A stretch of 51,869 bases of DNA from Thermoguttaceae bacterium (GTDB taxonomy: Bacteria > Planctomycetota > Planctomycetia > Pirellulales > Thermoguttaceae), in contig JAVBSX010000084.1 in NCBI GenBank assembly GCA_031556455.1, positions 1 to 51,869 on the forward strand, in the 5' to 3' direction. Under the pieces are notes generated by a model. That model ran no database searches, had not been told where the DNA came from, and saw only the letters and a list, made by a program, of their open reading frames with translations. Each line of letters starts with the position of its first letter. The first letter of the stretch is position 1. Shown piece after piece: positions 28,797-37,342 of the stretch. A program made the position numbers and the translations under genes.

Positions 28797-29831
28797 ATGA
28801 AAATCGGTCTGATCGGTTACAAAGGAAGCGGCAAAAGCACGCTGTTCGAATGGTTGACGCAAGCGAAGGCGGATCCGGCCCTTTCTCACGCGACGCAGTC
28901 GGCGATGTCGGCCGTCCCGGAACCCCGGGTCGGGAAATTGTGCGAAATCTACAAACCGAAAAAAGTCACCTACGCTTCGTTGGAGATCGTCGACACCCCC
29001 GGTTTGGCGCGGGACCAGCAGGGAAATCCGGCCCGACTTGCCCAACTGCGGGAATGCGACAGCATCGTTTGCGTGATCGGGGTGTTCGACGGAGCCGATC
29101 CGGCCCGGGAGATCGCCGCCTTTAACGAAGAACTGTTGCTCGCCGATTTGGAAATTCTCGGCAATCGGCTCGCCAAGGTTGAAGAGCAGAAAAAACGACC
29201 GCTCCCGAAAGCGGAACAGGATCGCGTTCAATTCGAATACGAAACGCTTCAATTGGTGCAAGCGGCCCTCGAATCCGGCAAACCGCTCCGGGAGGACGAA
29301 TTGACCGAGGAGCAGGGGAAGGTAACCCGGGCGTTCCGGCTGATGAGCGAAAAACCGAGGATGGTCCTCATCAACACGGCCGACGACGAACTCGACCTCG
29401 GACGTTTTCAGGAACTTTCGAAGCCGGGTGTCCCGGCGGTCGCGGTTTCCGTCGGGTTGGAACGGGAACTCGAAAAGATGCCGCCCGAGGAGCGGACCGC
29501 GTTTCTCGAAGAGATGGGCTTGCAGTCGACCGACCGGGACGCGATCGTGCGGATGATTCTCGACGCTTCCGGCTTGAGCCTGTTCCTGACGGCCGGGGAC
29601 AAGGAGGTCCGGACCTGGTTGGTCCGCAAGAACGCGACCGCCCTTGAAGCGGCCGGGGCGATACATACGGATATGGCCAAGGGTTTTATCCGGGCGGAAA
29701 TCTTCAAGTGCGAGGACTTGCTCCGCTTGGGGAGCGAACGGGCGGTCAAGGCCGAAAACCTCGTCCGCCGCGAGCCGAAGGATTACGTCCTGCAAGACGG
29801 CGACATTGTCCTGTTCCATTTTAGTGGTTAG
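28797..29831 (+). CDS. ychF: YchF/OLA1-family ribosome-associated ATPase/GTPase
   Basis: Start set at ATG 28797 (MKIGLIGYKGSGKSTLF, P-loop). IVDTPGL; C-terminal TGS-like end (IRAEI....DGDIVLFHFSG). Confidence 0.7.
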   Translation: MKIGLIGYKGSGKSTLFEWLTQAKADPALSHATQSAMSAVPEPRVGKLCEIYKPKKVTYASLEIVDTPGLARDQQGNPARLAQLRECDSIVCVIGVFDGADPAREIAAFNEELLLADLEILGNRLAKVEEQKKRPLPKAEQDRVQFEYETLQLVQAALESGKPLREDELTEEQGKVTRAFRLMSEKPRMVLINTADDELDLGRFQELSKPGVPAVAVSVGLERELEKMPPEERTAFLEEMGLQSTDRDAIVRMILDASGLSLFLTAGDKEVRTWLVRKNATALEAAGAIHTDMAKGFIRAEIFKCEDLLRLGSERAVKAENLVRREPKDYVLQDGDIVLFHFSG

Positions 29832-29873
29832 GACCTGTAACAAAACAACCTTAACAATCATCTTTTTTTAACT

Positions 29874-29948
29874 ACGGAATACGCGGAATAACGGAATAGA
29901 CGGAAATGTAAAAATTTCCGTGATTTTCCGTCTTTCCGTGTGTTCCGT
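29874..29948. repeat. Imperfect hairpin whose arms are short CGGAA(T/A)A direct repeats
   Basis: acggaatacgcggaataacggaatagacggaaat / gtaaaa / atttccgtgattttccgtctttccgtgtgttccgt. About 27 of 34 arm positions are complementary by eye. Confidence 0.7.
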
Positions 29949-29974
29949 GTTAAAAAACAGATAATGAAAATGTT

Positions 29975-30157
29975 GTAACACTTCAGCCGAATGGTAATTT
30001 TGTCATTTCGACTGAAGCGTAGCGCAAGGAGAAATCTCACCCTCGCGTGAGGGCCGGAATTCCAAGTCTTTCGGCGAGGGTGAGATTTCTCGCTTCACTC
30101 GAAATGACGAACAGCGGGGTATTATTCGAAAAAAACTCCAAACGGCTGAAGTATTAC
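29975..30157. mobile_element. MITE-like element, family F2 copy c, 183 bp, 15-bp TIRs, flanked by 8-bp direct repeat AAAATGTT
   Basis: TIRs gtaacacttcagccg (29975-29989) and cggctgaagtattac (30143-30157), 14/15 complementary. aaaatgtt at 29967-29974 and again at 30158-30165. Inner arms gtcatttcgactgaagcgtagcgcaaggagaaatctcaccctcgcg / cgagggtgagatttctcgcttcactcgaaatgac. Confidence 0.8.
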
Positions 30158-30253
30158 AAAATGTTCGGTTTTTGTGTAATTGCAAAGGTTATTTTGACAC
30201 GGCTCCTTGCGAGAAAAGAACATCAACAAATTCGGGTTTCGGTCGGGAATATC

Positions 30254-30282
30254 TTGACATTCCCGCGAACATTCCCTAAATT
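30254..30282 (+). promoter_or_regulatory. Sigma70-like promoter candidate for tex (TTGACA-17 nt-TAAATT)
   Basis: ttgaca 30254-30259, 17-nt spacer, taaatt 30277-30282, about 110 nt upstream of ATG 30393. Promoter rules in this lineage are not established. Confidence 0.3.
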
Positions 30283-30392
30283 GCTGGTTTAAAGTGGGAT
30301 GCTCTTTCCCGCATCTTCGTTTCGTCGATATTCAAAAGCGGCGTTTTTTCCGATTCCGCAACCTGTGTAGTCCAAAAAAGTAGGCACGATTT

Positions 30393-33300
30393 ATGAGTGA
30401 GCCTGTTGTTGTCAATCTCCGGCTGTTGGCCCGGGATATCGATCTGCCCGTTGAAAAAGTCCAATCCGTTGTCGGACTCCTTGACGAAGGGCATCCCGTC
30501 CCGTTTATCGCGAGATACCGAAAGGACCAAACCGGTAACCTGAACGAAGATCACATTCGGGCGATTCAGTCGGAATTGCAACTTCAAAGAACCCTCGCGG
30601 AACGAAAACAGGTGATCCTCCGTTCGATCGACGCCCTGGGTAAACTCACTCCCGAGCTTGAGAAAAAGATTCGCGAGGCCAAATCGACGAAGCGGTTGGA
30701 AGACCTTTATCTTCCGTACAAACCGAAAAAACAAACGCTCGCTTCGACGGCAAAAAGCAAGGGCCTTGAACCGCTCGCTCTCGAAATTCTCGAAGCGAAA
30801 TTTTCGCCCGAGGACCTCGACCGCAGGGCGGGGGAATTTATCAACGAGGACAAAGGGGTCAAATCCGTAGCCGATGCTTTGCTTGGGGCTGGACATATCA
30901 TTTCCGAGATTTTCAGCGAAAAGCCGGAGCTCCGGCATCAGGTTCGCGAACTCGTCCAGCGGATCGGCGTCATCGTTTCGAAAAAGATCGAAACCAAAAA
31001 GGAAGCCGAAGGAACGGTCGCGTCCGAATCCGGAGAAGCCGCGAAGCCGGAAAAAAAACGCAAAGAACGAAAAGGCAAGAAACCGGGCGAATCGACCGAA
31101 TCGCAGGAGGCCGAAAAACCTTCCGAAACCGCTTCGCAAGAGTCGACCGAAACGGCGGCGCCCAAGACCGACGCTCCGGTCGTCTCGGAGTCGGTTGCCG
31201 CGACAGGGACAGCCGCCCCGCCCGATGTTCTTGCACAAACGACCGTCGTTGAGCAATCGGTTGAAGCCGAATCCGTTCCGTCGCCGTCCGAACCGGTTGC
31301 CGAGCAGCCCGAACCGGTTGCAACGCAATCCGAAGCGGAAGATCATGCCGGAGCAGGCGGCGGGGAAGCCGAACCGGCCGAATCACCGGCTGAGCCGAAT
31401 GCGGCATCTCCCGAACCTCCCGTCGTTGAAATCCCCGTCGCGAAAATTTCGGCTCCTGAAGCTCAGGACGACTGCAAAGCCGAAATTTCAGAAAAAATTT
31501 CGAATCGGACAGCAGCCGGAAGCGTCAGCGCCCGGTTATCCAATGCGGAAATTCAGGGCAAACCCGGCGCTAACGCTTCGGGCTGCTGTTTGCCGCATTC
31601 GACTTTGCAATCCTCGTCTCCTGAAACACTGACTGCCGAATCCGCTCCCGTCGAATCTCAAGCGGTCGCTTCCGACGATTTCTCCGCCGCTCCCGAAAAT
31701 TCGAGTGCGACTGGATCGGAATCGAATGTCGCGGAACAAACCGAGCCCGCTCAACCGCAACCGTCGACTTCCGTCGATCAGGAAGCCGAAAAGGTCGACC
31801 GGGAATTCCAACAATGGAAGGAACAGCAAAAAGAACAGGGGATTCCGGTCGTCAAATCGCAAAACCAGTTGAAAAAGAAAAAACAGGCCGAACGCAAAAA
31901 GGCAAAGGCCGCCCGGCAACAAAAGCATCACGAACAGTTGGAGCGGCTGTATCACGATTATTTCGATTTTCAACTCGACGTTCGCAAGATGCCGCCGCAC
32001 CGGACGTTGGCGCTGAACCGCGGGGAAAAGGCGAAGCTCCTCCGGGTCAAATTGCAGGTCGATCCCGAATCGCTCGGCAAAACGGCCGGGGACATCTGCG
32101 TCCCGCAAGATCACCCGCACGCTTCGTTTCTCGCCGCCTGCGTTCAAGATGCGATGAGCCGGCTCATTCTTCCGAGTATGGAACGGGAGGTCCGCAACGA
32201 TTTGACCGAACACGCCGAGGCGCAGGCCGTGCACGCGTTCGCGAAAAACCTTCGCAGCCTTCTCTTGCAGCCGCCGCTGTACAGGAAGCGGGTGCTCGCT
32301 CTCGACCCCGGTTTCAAACACGGTTGCAAGATGGTCGCTCTCGATGAGTTCGGGAACGTACTCGCGTACGAAACCGTTTACCTTTTCGGGAGCGAGGAGA
32401 AAAAGCGGCGGGCCGAAACCGCCGTTCTCGCCTTGCTCGAAAAATTCAAGATTTCCGTGATCGCGATCGGCACCGGAACCGCATGCCGGGAAACCGAGGA
32501 GTTCGTCGCGAACCTGATCGCGAACCGTTCGGCGGTACAACCGGACGAGACCGCGGTCGAAGCGGCAAAGCCCCAAAGCAGTCCCGGGATTTCCTATGTG
32601 ATCGTCAACGAAGCGGGCGCAAGCGTTTATTCCGCGAGTCCGCTCGCGAAAGAGGAATTTCCCGATTACGACATTTTGCTCCGGGGAGCGATTTCGATCG
32701 GTCGGCGGTTGCACGATCCGCTCAACGAGTTGGTCAAGATCGAGCCGGGCAGTCTCGGGGTCGGTATGTACCAACACGATCTCAAGCCGAAGTTCCTGCA
32801 AGACTCGCTCGGGAATGTCGTCGAATCGTGCGTCAACTATGTCGGCGTCGATTTGAATACGGCGACGCCCGCGATTTTGCGGTATGTCGCCGGTTTAAAC
32901 CAATTGACGGCGAAACGAATTTACGAATATCGACAAGAGCACGGCCCTTTCAAAACCCGGGAAGATTTGAAAAAGGTGCCCGGGATCGGCGAGGTCGCCT
33001 ACACCCATTGCGTCGGCTTCCTCCGAATTCCCGGCGGTTCGAACCCGCTCGATGCGACCTGGTTACATCCGGAAACCTACGAAACGGCGACGCGGCTGCT
33101 CGAACAGCTCGGCTACACACCCGAAGACCTTCGCCAGCCCGAAAAAATCAAGGAGATCGCCGCCAAAACCCGGACGATCGACGTTCCGGCGATGTCGGAA
33201 TCCCTGGGCGTCGGGCCGCACACGATCCGGTTTATTCTCCAGCAATTGGCGAAGCCGGGCCGCGACCCCCGGGAAGGCTTGCCTGCTCCGATTTTCAAGA

Positions 33301-34283
33301 AAGGAATTCTCAAGCCGAGCGATTTGAGCCCGGGAATGGAACTCACGGGAACGATCTTGAACGTCGTCGATTTCGGGGCGTTCGTCGATATCGGCCTGCA
33401 TGATTCCGGGCTGATTCATATCAGTCAAATGGCCGACCGTTACGTCCGGGACGCTTACGATTACGTTTCGGTCGGCGACGTCGTCCGGGTTTGGGTCGTC
33501 GAAGTCAACCCGGAACGAGGCCGGATTTCGTTGACGATGGTCCCCCCGGGCTCCGCGAAGCCGCAGCAAGACCGCAAACGCGAACACGGCCCGCGCCCGC
33601 GACGAGACCGCGATGCCGCCGCCCCGTCGGGGGCTCAGTCGGCCGACGGCAAACCATCGGACAGACGGCCATCCTCTTCGCCGCCGAGGGAACGCTCCTC
33701 GGAACCGAGAGAACGCAAAGCTCCGGAATCGGGAACTCCGAATCAAGAGGCGGGAAAAAGCTGGGACCGTTTTCGTTCCCCGCAAAAACCGCAGGACGGC
33801 GGTTCGCGCGAAGGGGCGTCTCGGGACGGCGGCCGACGGGATTCCGGTCGTCGGGATTCGGGGGCCGGCCGGCCGCCGCGAGACGGCAACCGGGACAAGG
33901 CCGGAGGCGGTCGGGGCTGGGGCGACAAAGGGCGGCGGGACGGTCGTCGGGACAGGGATCGGCCGGATCCGACGCCGAAAGTGTTCGTTTCCGCCCCGCA
34001 GGAAAAGGTGATCGCCCCGATTTCCGATGAGATGAAAAAAGGGAAGGAGCCGCTTCGGAGTTTCGGCGATCTCGCCCAACTGTTCGGCCGGGTACAGGCG
34101 GTCGATCCCGCCGAGGAAAAGCGTCGCAAAAAGGAAGAGAAAAAGCAACGCAAAGCGGAAGGGAAACCGACTCCCGAGCAGGCAACAGTGGCCGCGCCCG
34201 AGCCGGTTCAAACAACCGCTCCCGAGCCGACTCAAACGCCGGCTCCCCAACAACCCGTCGCGGAGCCTTCCGCCGACGTTTAG
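30393..34283 (+). CDS. tex: Tex-like transcription accessory protein (Tex_N, YqgF/RuvC-like, HhH, S1) with ~310-aa internal low-complexity insertion and ~250-aa Arg/Asp/Gly-rich C-terminal tail
   Basis: N-terminus FIARYRKDQTGNL, LEDLYLPYKPKK. After the insertion: YFDF..MPPHRTLALNRGE, LALDPGFKHGCK, IAIGTGTACRETE, VNEAGASVYSAS, AISIGRRLHDPLNELVKI, VGVDLNTAT, LKKVPGIG; S1 block GTILNVVDFGAFVDIGLHDSGLIHISQM...GDVVRVWVVEVNPERGRISLTM. Confidence 0.85.
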   Translation: MSEPVVVNLRLLARDIDLPVEKVQSVVGLLDEGHPVPFIARYRKDQTGNLNEDHIRAIQSELQLQRTLAERKQVILRSIDALGKLTPELEKKIREAKSTKRLEDLYLPYKPKKQTLASTAKSKGLEPLALEILEAKFSPEDLDRRAGEFINEDKGVKSVADALLGAGHIISEIFSEKPELRHQVRELVQRIGVIVSKKIETKKEAEGTVASESGEAAKPEKKRKERKGKKPGESTESQEAEKPSETASQESTETAAPKTDAPVVSESVAATGTAAPPDVLAQTTVVEQSVEAESVPSPSEPVAEQPEPVATQSEAEDHAGAGGGEAEPAESPAEPNAASPEPPVVEIPVAKISAPEAQDDCKAEISEKISNRTAAGSVSARLSNAEIQGKPGANASGCCLPHSTLQSSSPETLTAESAPVESQAVASDDFSAAPENSSATGSESNVAEQTEPAQPQPSTSVDQEAEKVDREFQQWKEQQKEQGIPVVKSQNQLKKKKQAERKKAKAARQQKHHEQLERLYHDYFDFQLDVRKMPPHRTLALNRGEKAKLLRVKLQVDPESLGKTAGDICVPQDHPHASFLAACVQDAMSRLILPSMEREVRNDLTEHAEAQAVHAFAKNLRSLLLQPPLYRKRVLALDPGFKHGCKMVALDEFGNVLAYETVYLFGSEEKKRRAETAVLALLEKFKISVIAIGTGTACRETEEFVANLIANRSAVQPDETAVEAAKPQSSPGISYVIVNEAGASVYSASPLAKEEFPDYDILLRGAISIGRRLHDPLNELVKIEPGSLGVGMYQHDLKPKFLQDSLGNVVESCVNYVGVDLNTATPAILRYVAGLNQLTAKRIYEYRQEHGPFKTREDLKKVPGIGEVAYTHCVGFLRIPGGSNPLDATWLHPETYETATRLLEQLGYTPEDLRQPEKIKEIAAKTRTIDVPAMSESLGVGPHTIRFILQQLAKPGRDPREGLPAPIFKKGILKPSDLSPGMELTGTILNVVDFGAFVDIGLHDSGLIHISQMADRYVRDAYDYVSVGDVVRVWVVEVNPERGRISLTMVPPGSAKPQQDRKREHGPRPRRDRDAAAPSGAQSADGKPSDRRPSSSPPRERSSEPRERKAPESGTPNQEAGKSWDRFRSPQKPQDGGSREGASRDGGRRDSGRRDSGAGRPPRDGNRDKAGGGRGWGDKGRRDGRRDRDRPDPTPKVFVSAPQEKVIAPISDEMKKGKEPLRSFGDLAQLFGRVQAVDPAEEKRRKKEEKKQRKAEGKPTPEQATVAAPEPVQTTAPEPTQTPAPQQPVAEPSADV
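31488..31591. repeat. REP family F1 copy 4, embedded in-frame in the tex coding sequence
   Basis: tcagaaaaaatttcgaatcgg + acagcagccggaagcgtcagcgcccggtt / atccaatgcggaaattcagggca / aacccggcgctaacgcttcgggctgctgttt. Translated as SEKISNRTAAGSVSARLSNAEIQGKPGANASGCCL. The left flank is shared with copy 5. Confidence 0.85.
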
Positions 34284-34398
34284 CGCGTTGTAAAACTTAA
34301 TGATTGGGATAAGGTGGGCGACCGACCTCCGGGCGGTCGCGTCGGCGAAAGCCGACTTGTCCCGGTTTTCGGTGCGGACTGTATTTCGGAAATACGGC

Positions 34399-34429
34399 GT
34401 AGGTTGCCGCTCTGAGGTCGGCAACCTAC
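34399..34429. repeat. 11-bp-stem hairpin gtaggttgccg/cggcaacctac downstream of tex
   Basis: Read directly; loop ctctgaggt. Confidence 0.6.
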
Positions 34430-34457
34430 CTTCCCAAAATTGAATCTTAACAACGCA

Positions 34458-34656
34458 CTGGTACAAAGTCGTATAAATGGCCTTTGCCAAAAAACGCGAC
34501 GTCATTTCGACTGGAGCAACGCGCAAGGAGAAATCTCACTCTCGCGCGAGGGCCGGAATTCCTGCCTTTGGGGCGAGGGTGAGATTTCTCGCTTCGCTCG
34601 AAATGACACGGTTTTGTATTTTTTACACGAAGCCCAATTCGACGACTTTGTACTGG
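34458..34656. mobile_element. MITE-like element, family F2 copy d (sub-family with different ends: CTGGTACAAAGTCGT / ACGACTTTGTACTGG)
   Basis: Inner arms gtcatttcgactggagcaacgcgcaaggagaaatctcactctcgcg / cgagggtgagatttctcgcttcgctcgaaatgac. Outer inverted ends are 13/15 complementary. Confidence 0.7.
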
Positions 34657-34678
34657 TATAAGCGAAAACGTGTCATGC

Positions 34679-37342
34679 TTACGGCGATTCCCGGTTTTCA
34701 ACCTCGTAGGCCGTGATCGTCCCCGGGTCGGAAACGAGCAATAGTTTCTTGTTGCCGCAGGCGGTGCCGGCGTACCCGGTCAGCCGCTTGCCGTGCGCGT
34801 ATTTCGCGAGCGCCTTGCCGTAGGAATCGAGAATGTGCAACACGCCGTCGGCCGAGGCGAAAACCCATTCTTTCGTCGCATCGCCGAGCAAATCGGTCGC
34901 GAGCATCGATTCGATCGGGACCCGGTGCTGGGCCTGCTCCAACGGGTATTCCCAAAGCTGGCTGCCGCTCCGGTCGATTTCGGCGATATGTATTTTGTTC
35001 TTTTCCCCACGGTGAGGAATTTTGACGCAAATCTTGGAATTGTCTTTGCCCGCGAGATCGGCGACGACGAACCAGCCGATCGGATTGCCGTCCTTGAGTT
35101 CGATTTCCCGCATCCGATTACCCCTGGGATCAAGCTCGAAAAGCGTCGAGGTCTCGTCTTTCGGGTTCATTGCAAGGACCGACGGCCGTTCTTGCAAATG
35201 GGCGATCCCGATTTGATACGGATCCGAAATATCGACATATTTCCAAAGCTCCGTTCCGTCCAACCGCAAAGCGCGAACGGAGCAAGCCGAGGCGCCCGCC
35301 GCACTCTCCGTCCCGATTCCGGCCGCACTCTCTGTTCCGATTCCGGAAACGAGAATTTCCGGCTCGCCGTCCTCGTCCAAATCGGCGAATCGGACGTCCG
35401 TAATCATCATCTTATCGGCCTCGGCCTTGGTTTTGGGGTAAAAACCGATCACCTCGAACGATTCGTTGAACAGGTGTATCCGGCTGCCGTTCAGTGCCGA
35501 CGCCGCGAAAAGGCGATTCCCTTTCGAATCGACGGCCGTTCGCACGAAAGTGATCGGTTCGTCCGAAAGAACCGACTTGAGAACGATCCGCGAACGAATG
35601 TTCCCCTGAGCATCGAAATGGGCGAGCGAATTCAACTCGTAAGGAACGAGAAACGTCGGCTCCGCCCCCTCTTCGCTCGGAGGGACGACGAGAATGTTGC
35701 CCGGCCCCTTCAGATCCCGAATCGCGAACCGTTCCTGAAACGAGAGGTTTTCCGGAAAATGCTGCGGAAGAATCGTCGCGTCCGGTTCCTGCTCGTCTTC
35801 GTCCGGAAGAGCATAATAATCGGATTCCGCGAACTCCTGAACCATCTCCCGATATTCAACCTGCTGCCGTTGATAATCGCGTTGAATCGTCAGGTTATCG
35901 GTTTTTTGTTCCAAAATCTCGTTGATCCCGGCGGTAATCTCCTCGGCCGGAACCGTGCCGGGCGGGTAGTATTTGGCGAGCACCCCGCCCGGAGCGAGCA
36001 TCACGAGCGAGGGGAACAGGTCCAAATGCAACGACAGCCGCAAATCGAGCGAGGTCAACCGGCAGGTCGGCAGCTGCGGCATGCCGAGATCGGCGAGCGT
36101 TTTGATCACCTCGTCGTTGGAGACCGCGATTTCCTCATCAGCCGCCGCGTTCGCCTCTTCCGGATCGGTCGGGGCGGCCGGGTCCTTGTCGACGCACACG
36201 GCGATCATCCGAATATTCGGGTTGTCCTTGAGCGATTGATAAACCGTATACATTTCCCGGAGCGCCGGCGGGCAGTATTCGCTTTTCGCGCTCCAAAACA
36301 ACAGGACGATCGTCTTTTCGGCATATTGGGAAAGCGGAATCTCTTTGTTGGCGAGACTTTTGATCGTGATCGAATCGAAATTCGCGAGCTTTTTGTCCAA
36401 CAAGAGCAGCGGCCAAGGGGTCAGCTGTTTGAGCAGGACCGCATCCTCCGGCCAGCCCATTTGGAATGCAACGGACTCGAGGCTCGGATTGAGCAGTGCA
36501 TCACTCATGTCCAAACGCAAGGAGACCACCCTTTTTCCTCCTTGCTCCGGAAGATTCTCGACCGGAAAATCCCATCGCAAAAGTGCGAAAGTTTGCCGGT
36601 CGATCCAAAAGGTTCGAACGCCGTCCGGCCCTTCGACTTCAATTTTGTCGCACGGATTTTCCCCTAACCATTCCGGCTCGACGAGAACAACGGTCGCCTT
36701 GTCCGGCAAGAGCGTTTTGAGCGGATCTTTGGCGAAAAAAAGCAGCAGCTGCGGCGGGACCCAGGTGATCTGCGGAGAAATCGGCAGGTTCATGGCCTGG
36801 GCGAGGAGCAAATCGGGATACAACTCCGGAATCGACAGTTTCCGGGGGGCGGGCAGTTCCAAAACCTGGCCGTAAAGCGGAACGATTTGCGCGTACAGAT
36901 CGGCGCCGTTGCAGACTAGTTGACCGAGAGCGACCTCCATACGGACGAGATTCGGTGATTGAAAGACGAATGTGCAAGGCCAATCGGTGATTTCGCCCCC
37001 TTCGAGTTCCATAATAATGGTCCCGTGATCCCCGTAAGAATTCGCCGATTTGTATGTCGCGACCATCTTTTCGAGAATATCGTTCGCTGTAATCCCGGGA
37101 AACGGCTTCAACGGCTGACCGGGAGCCGGTTGTTCCGCCGAACGTTTCGCGAAACGTTCCTCAAGGCTGAGCCGGGGCTCGACGGTTTTCGCAGCGGACT
37201 TGGGATCGATTTTCGTCTCGGTCGGAGAGGCGGCTTCTTGCGATCCTCCGGCCGGTTCCGGGGTCGGTTCCGCCTTTTTGCAGCCGGAAAGTGAGAGAAT
37301 CAGCAAAACCAGGAAGGCGGAAAACGCTTGGGATTTTGACAT
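34679..37342 (-). CDS. Lipoprotein with a single-Cys thioredoxin-like (TlpA/redoxin-like) central domain and C-terminal FG-GAP/propeller-like region; N-terminal region unassigned (LolA-like fold is only a guess)
   Basis: The ORF-track start 37348 is TTG; ATG at 37342 gives MSKSQAFSAFLVLLILSLSGC (lipobox LSGC). Redoxin-like TIVLLFWSAKSEYCPPALREM...MIAVCVDKD (around 36200-36330). FADLDEDGEPEILVSG. Confidence 0.65.
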   Translation of the reverse strand: MSKSQAFSAFLVLLILSLSGCKKAEPTPEPAGGSQEAASPTETKIDPKSAAKTVEPRLSLEERFAKRSAEQPAPGQPLKPFPGITANDILEKMVATYKSANSYGDHGTIIMELEGGEITDWPCTFVFQSPNLVRMEVALGQLVCNGADLYAQIVPLYGQVLELPAPRKLSIPELYPDLLLAQAMNLPISPQITWVPPQLLLFFAKDPLKTLLPDKATVVLVEPEWLGENPCDKIEVEGPDGVRTFWIDRQTFALLRWDFPVENLPEQGGKRVVSLRLDMSDALLNPSLESVAFQMGWPEDAVLLKQLTPWPLLLLDKKLANFDSITIKSLANKEIPLSQYAEKTIVLLFWSAKSEYCPPALREMYTVYQSLKDNPNIRMIAVCVDKDPAAPTDPEEANAAADEEIAVSNDEVIKTLADLGMPQLPTCRLTSLDLRLSLHLDLFPSLVMLAPGGVLAKYYPPGTVPAEEITAGINEILEQKTDNLTIQRDYQRQQVEYREMVQEFAESDYYALPDEDEQEPDATILPQHFPENLSFQERFAIRDLKGPGNILVVPPSEEGAEPTFLVPYELNSLAHFDAQGNIRSRIVLKSVLSDEPITFVRTAVDSKGNRLFAASALNGSRIHLFNESFEVIGFYPKTKAEADKMMITDVRFADLDEDGEPEILVSGIGTESAAGIGTESAAGASACSVRALRLDGTELWKYVDISDPYQIGIAHLQERPSVLAMNPKDETSTLFELDPRGNRMREIELKDGNPIGWFVVADLAGKDNSKICVKIPHRGEKNKIHIAEIDRSGSQLWEYPLEQAQHRVPIESMLATDLLGDATKEWVFASADGVLHILDSYGKALAKYAHGKRLTGYAGTACGNKKLLLVSDPGTITAYEVENRESP

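Noticed and set aside
31000-31940. tex as a split gene or pseudogene interrupted by an intergenic REP.
   Set aside because: The reading frame is continuous across 1,296 codons and both flanks are in the same frame with conserved Tex blocks. It is kept as a caveat because other frames are also partly open here.
31536-34526. Minus-strand ORFs 31536-32801 (421 aa) and 33063-34526 (487 aa), and plus-strand off-frame ORFs within tex.
   Set aside because: They are shadows of tex. Low-complexity, G+C-rich sequence keeps several frames open.
27157-34716. Small ORFs encoding RFLASLEMT / KREISPSP-type peptides (27157-27363, 27174-27392, 30003-30185, 30047-30292, 34447-34701, 34477-34716).
   Set aside because: They are translations of the F2 palindromic element in both orientations. 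The same peptide recurs wherever the repeat occurs.
34793-36667. 624-aa plus-strand ORF opposite the lipoprotein gene, and the 386-aa plus-strand ORF 46534-47694 opposite the secreted-protein gene.
   Set aside because: Shadow ORFs with Arg-rich composition. The minus-strand products have signal or lipobox sequences and recognisable folds.
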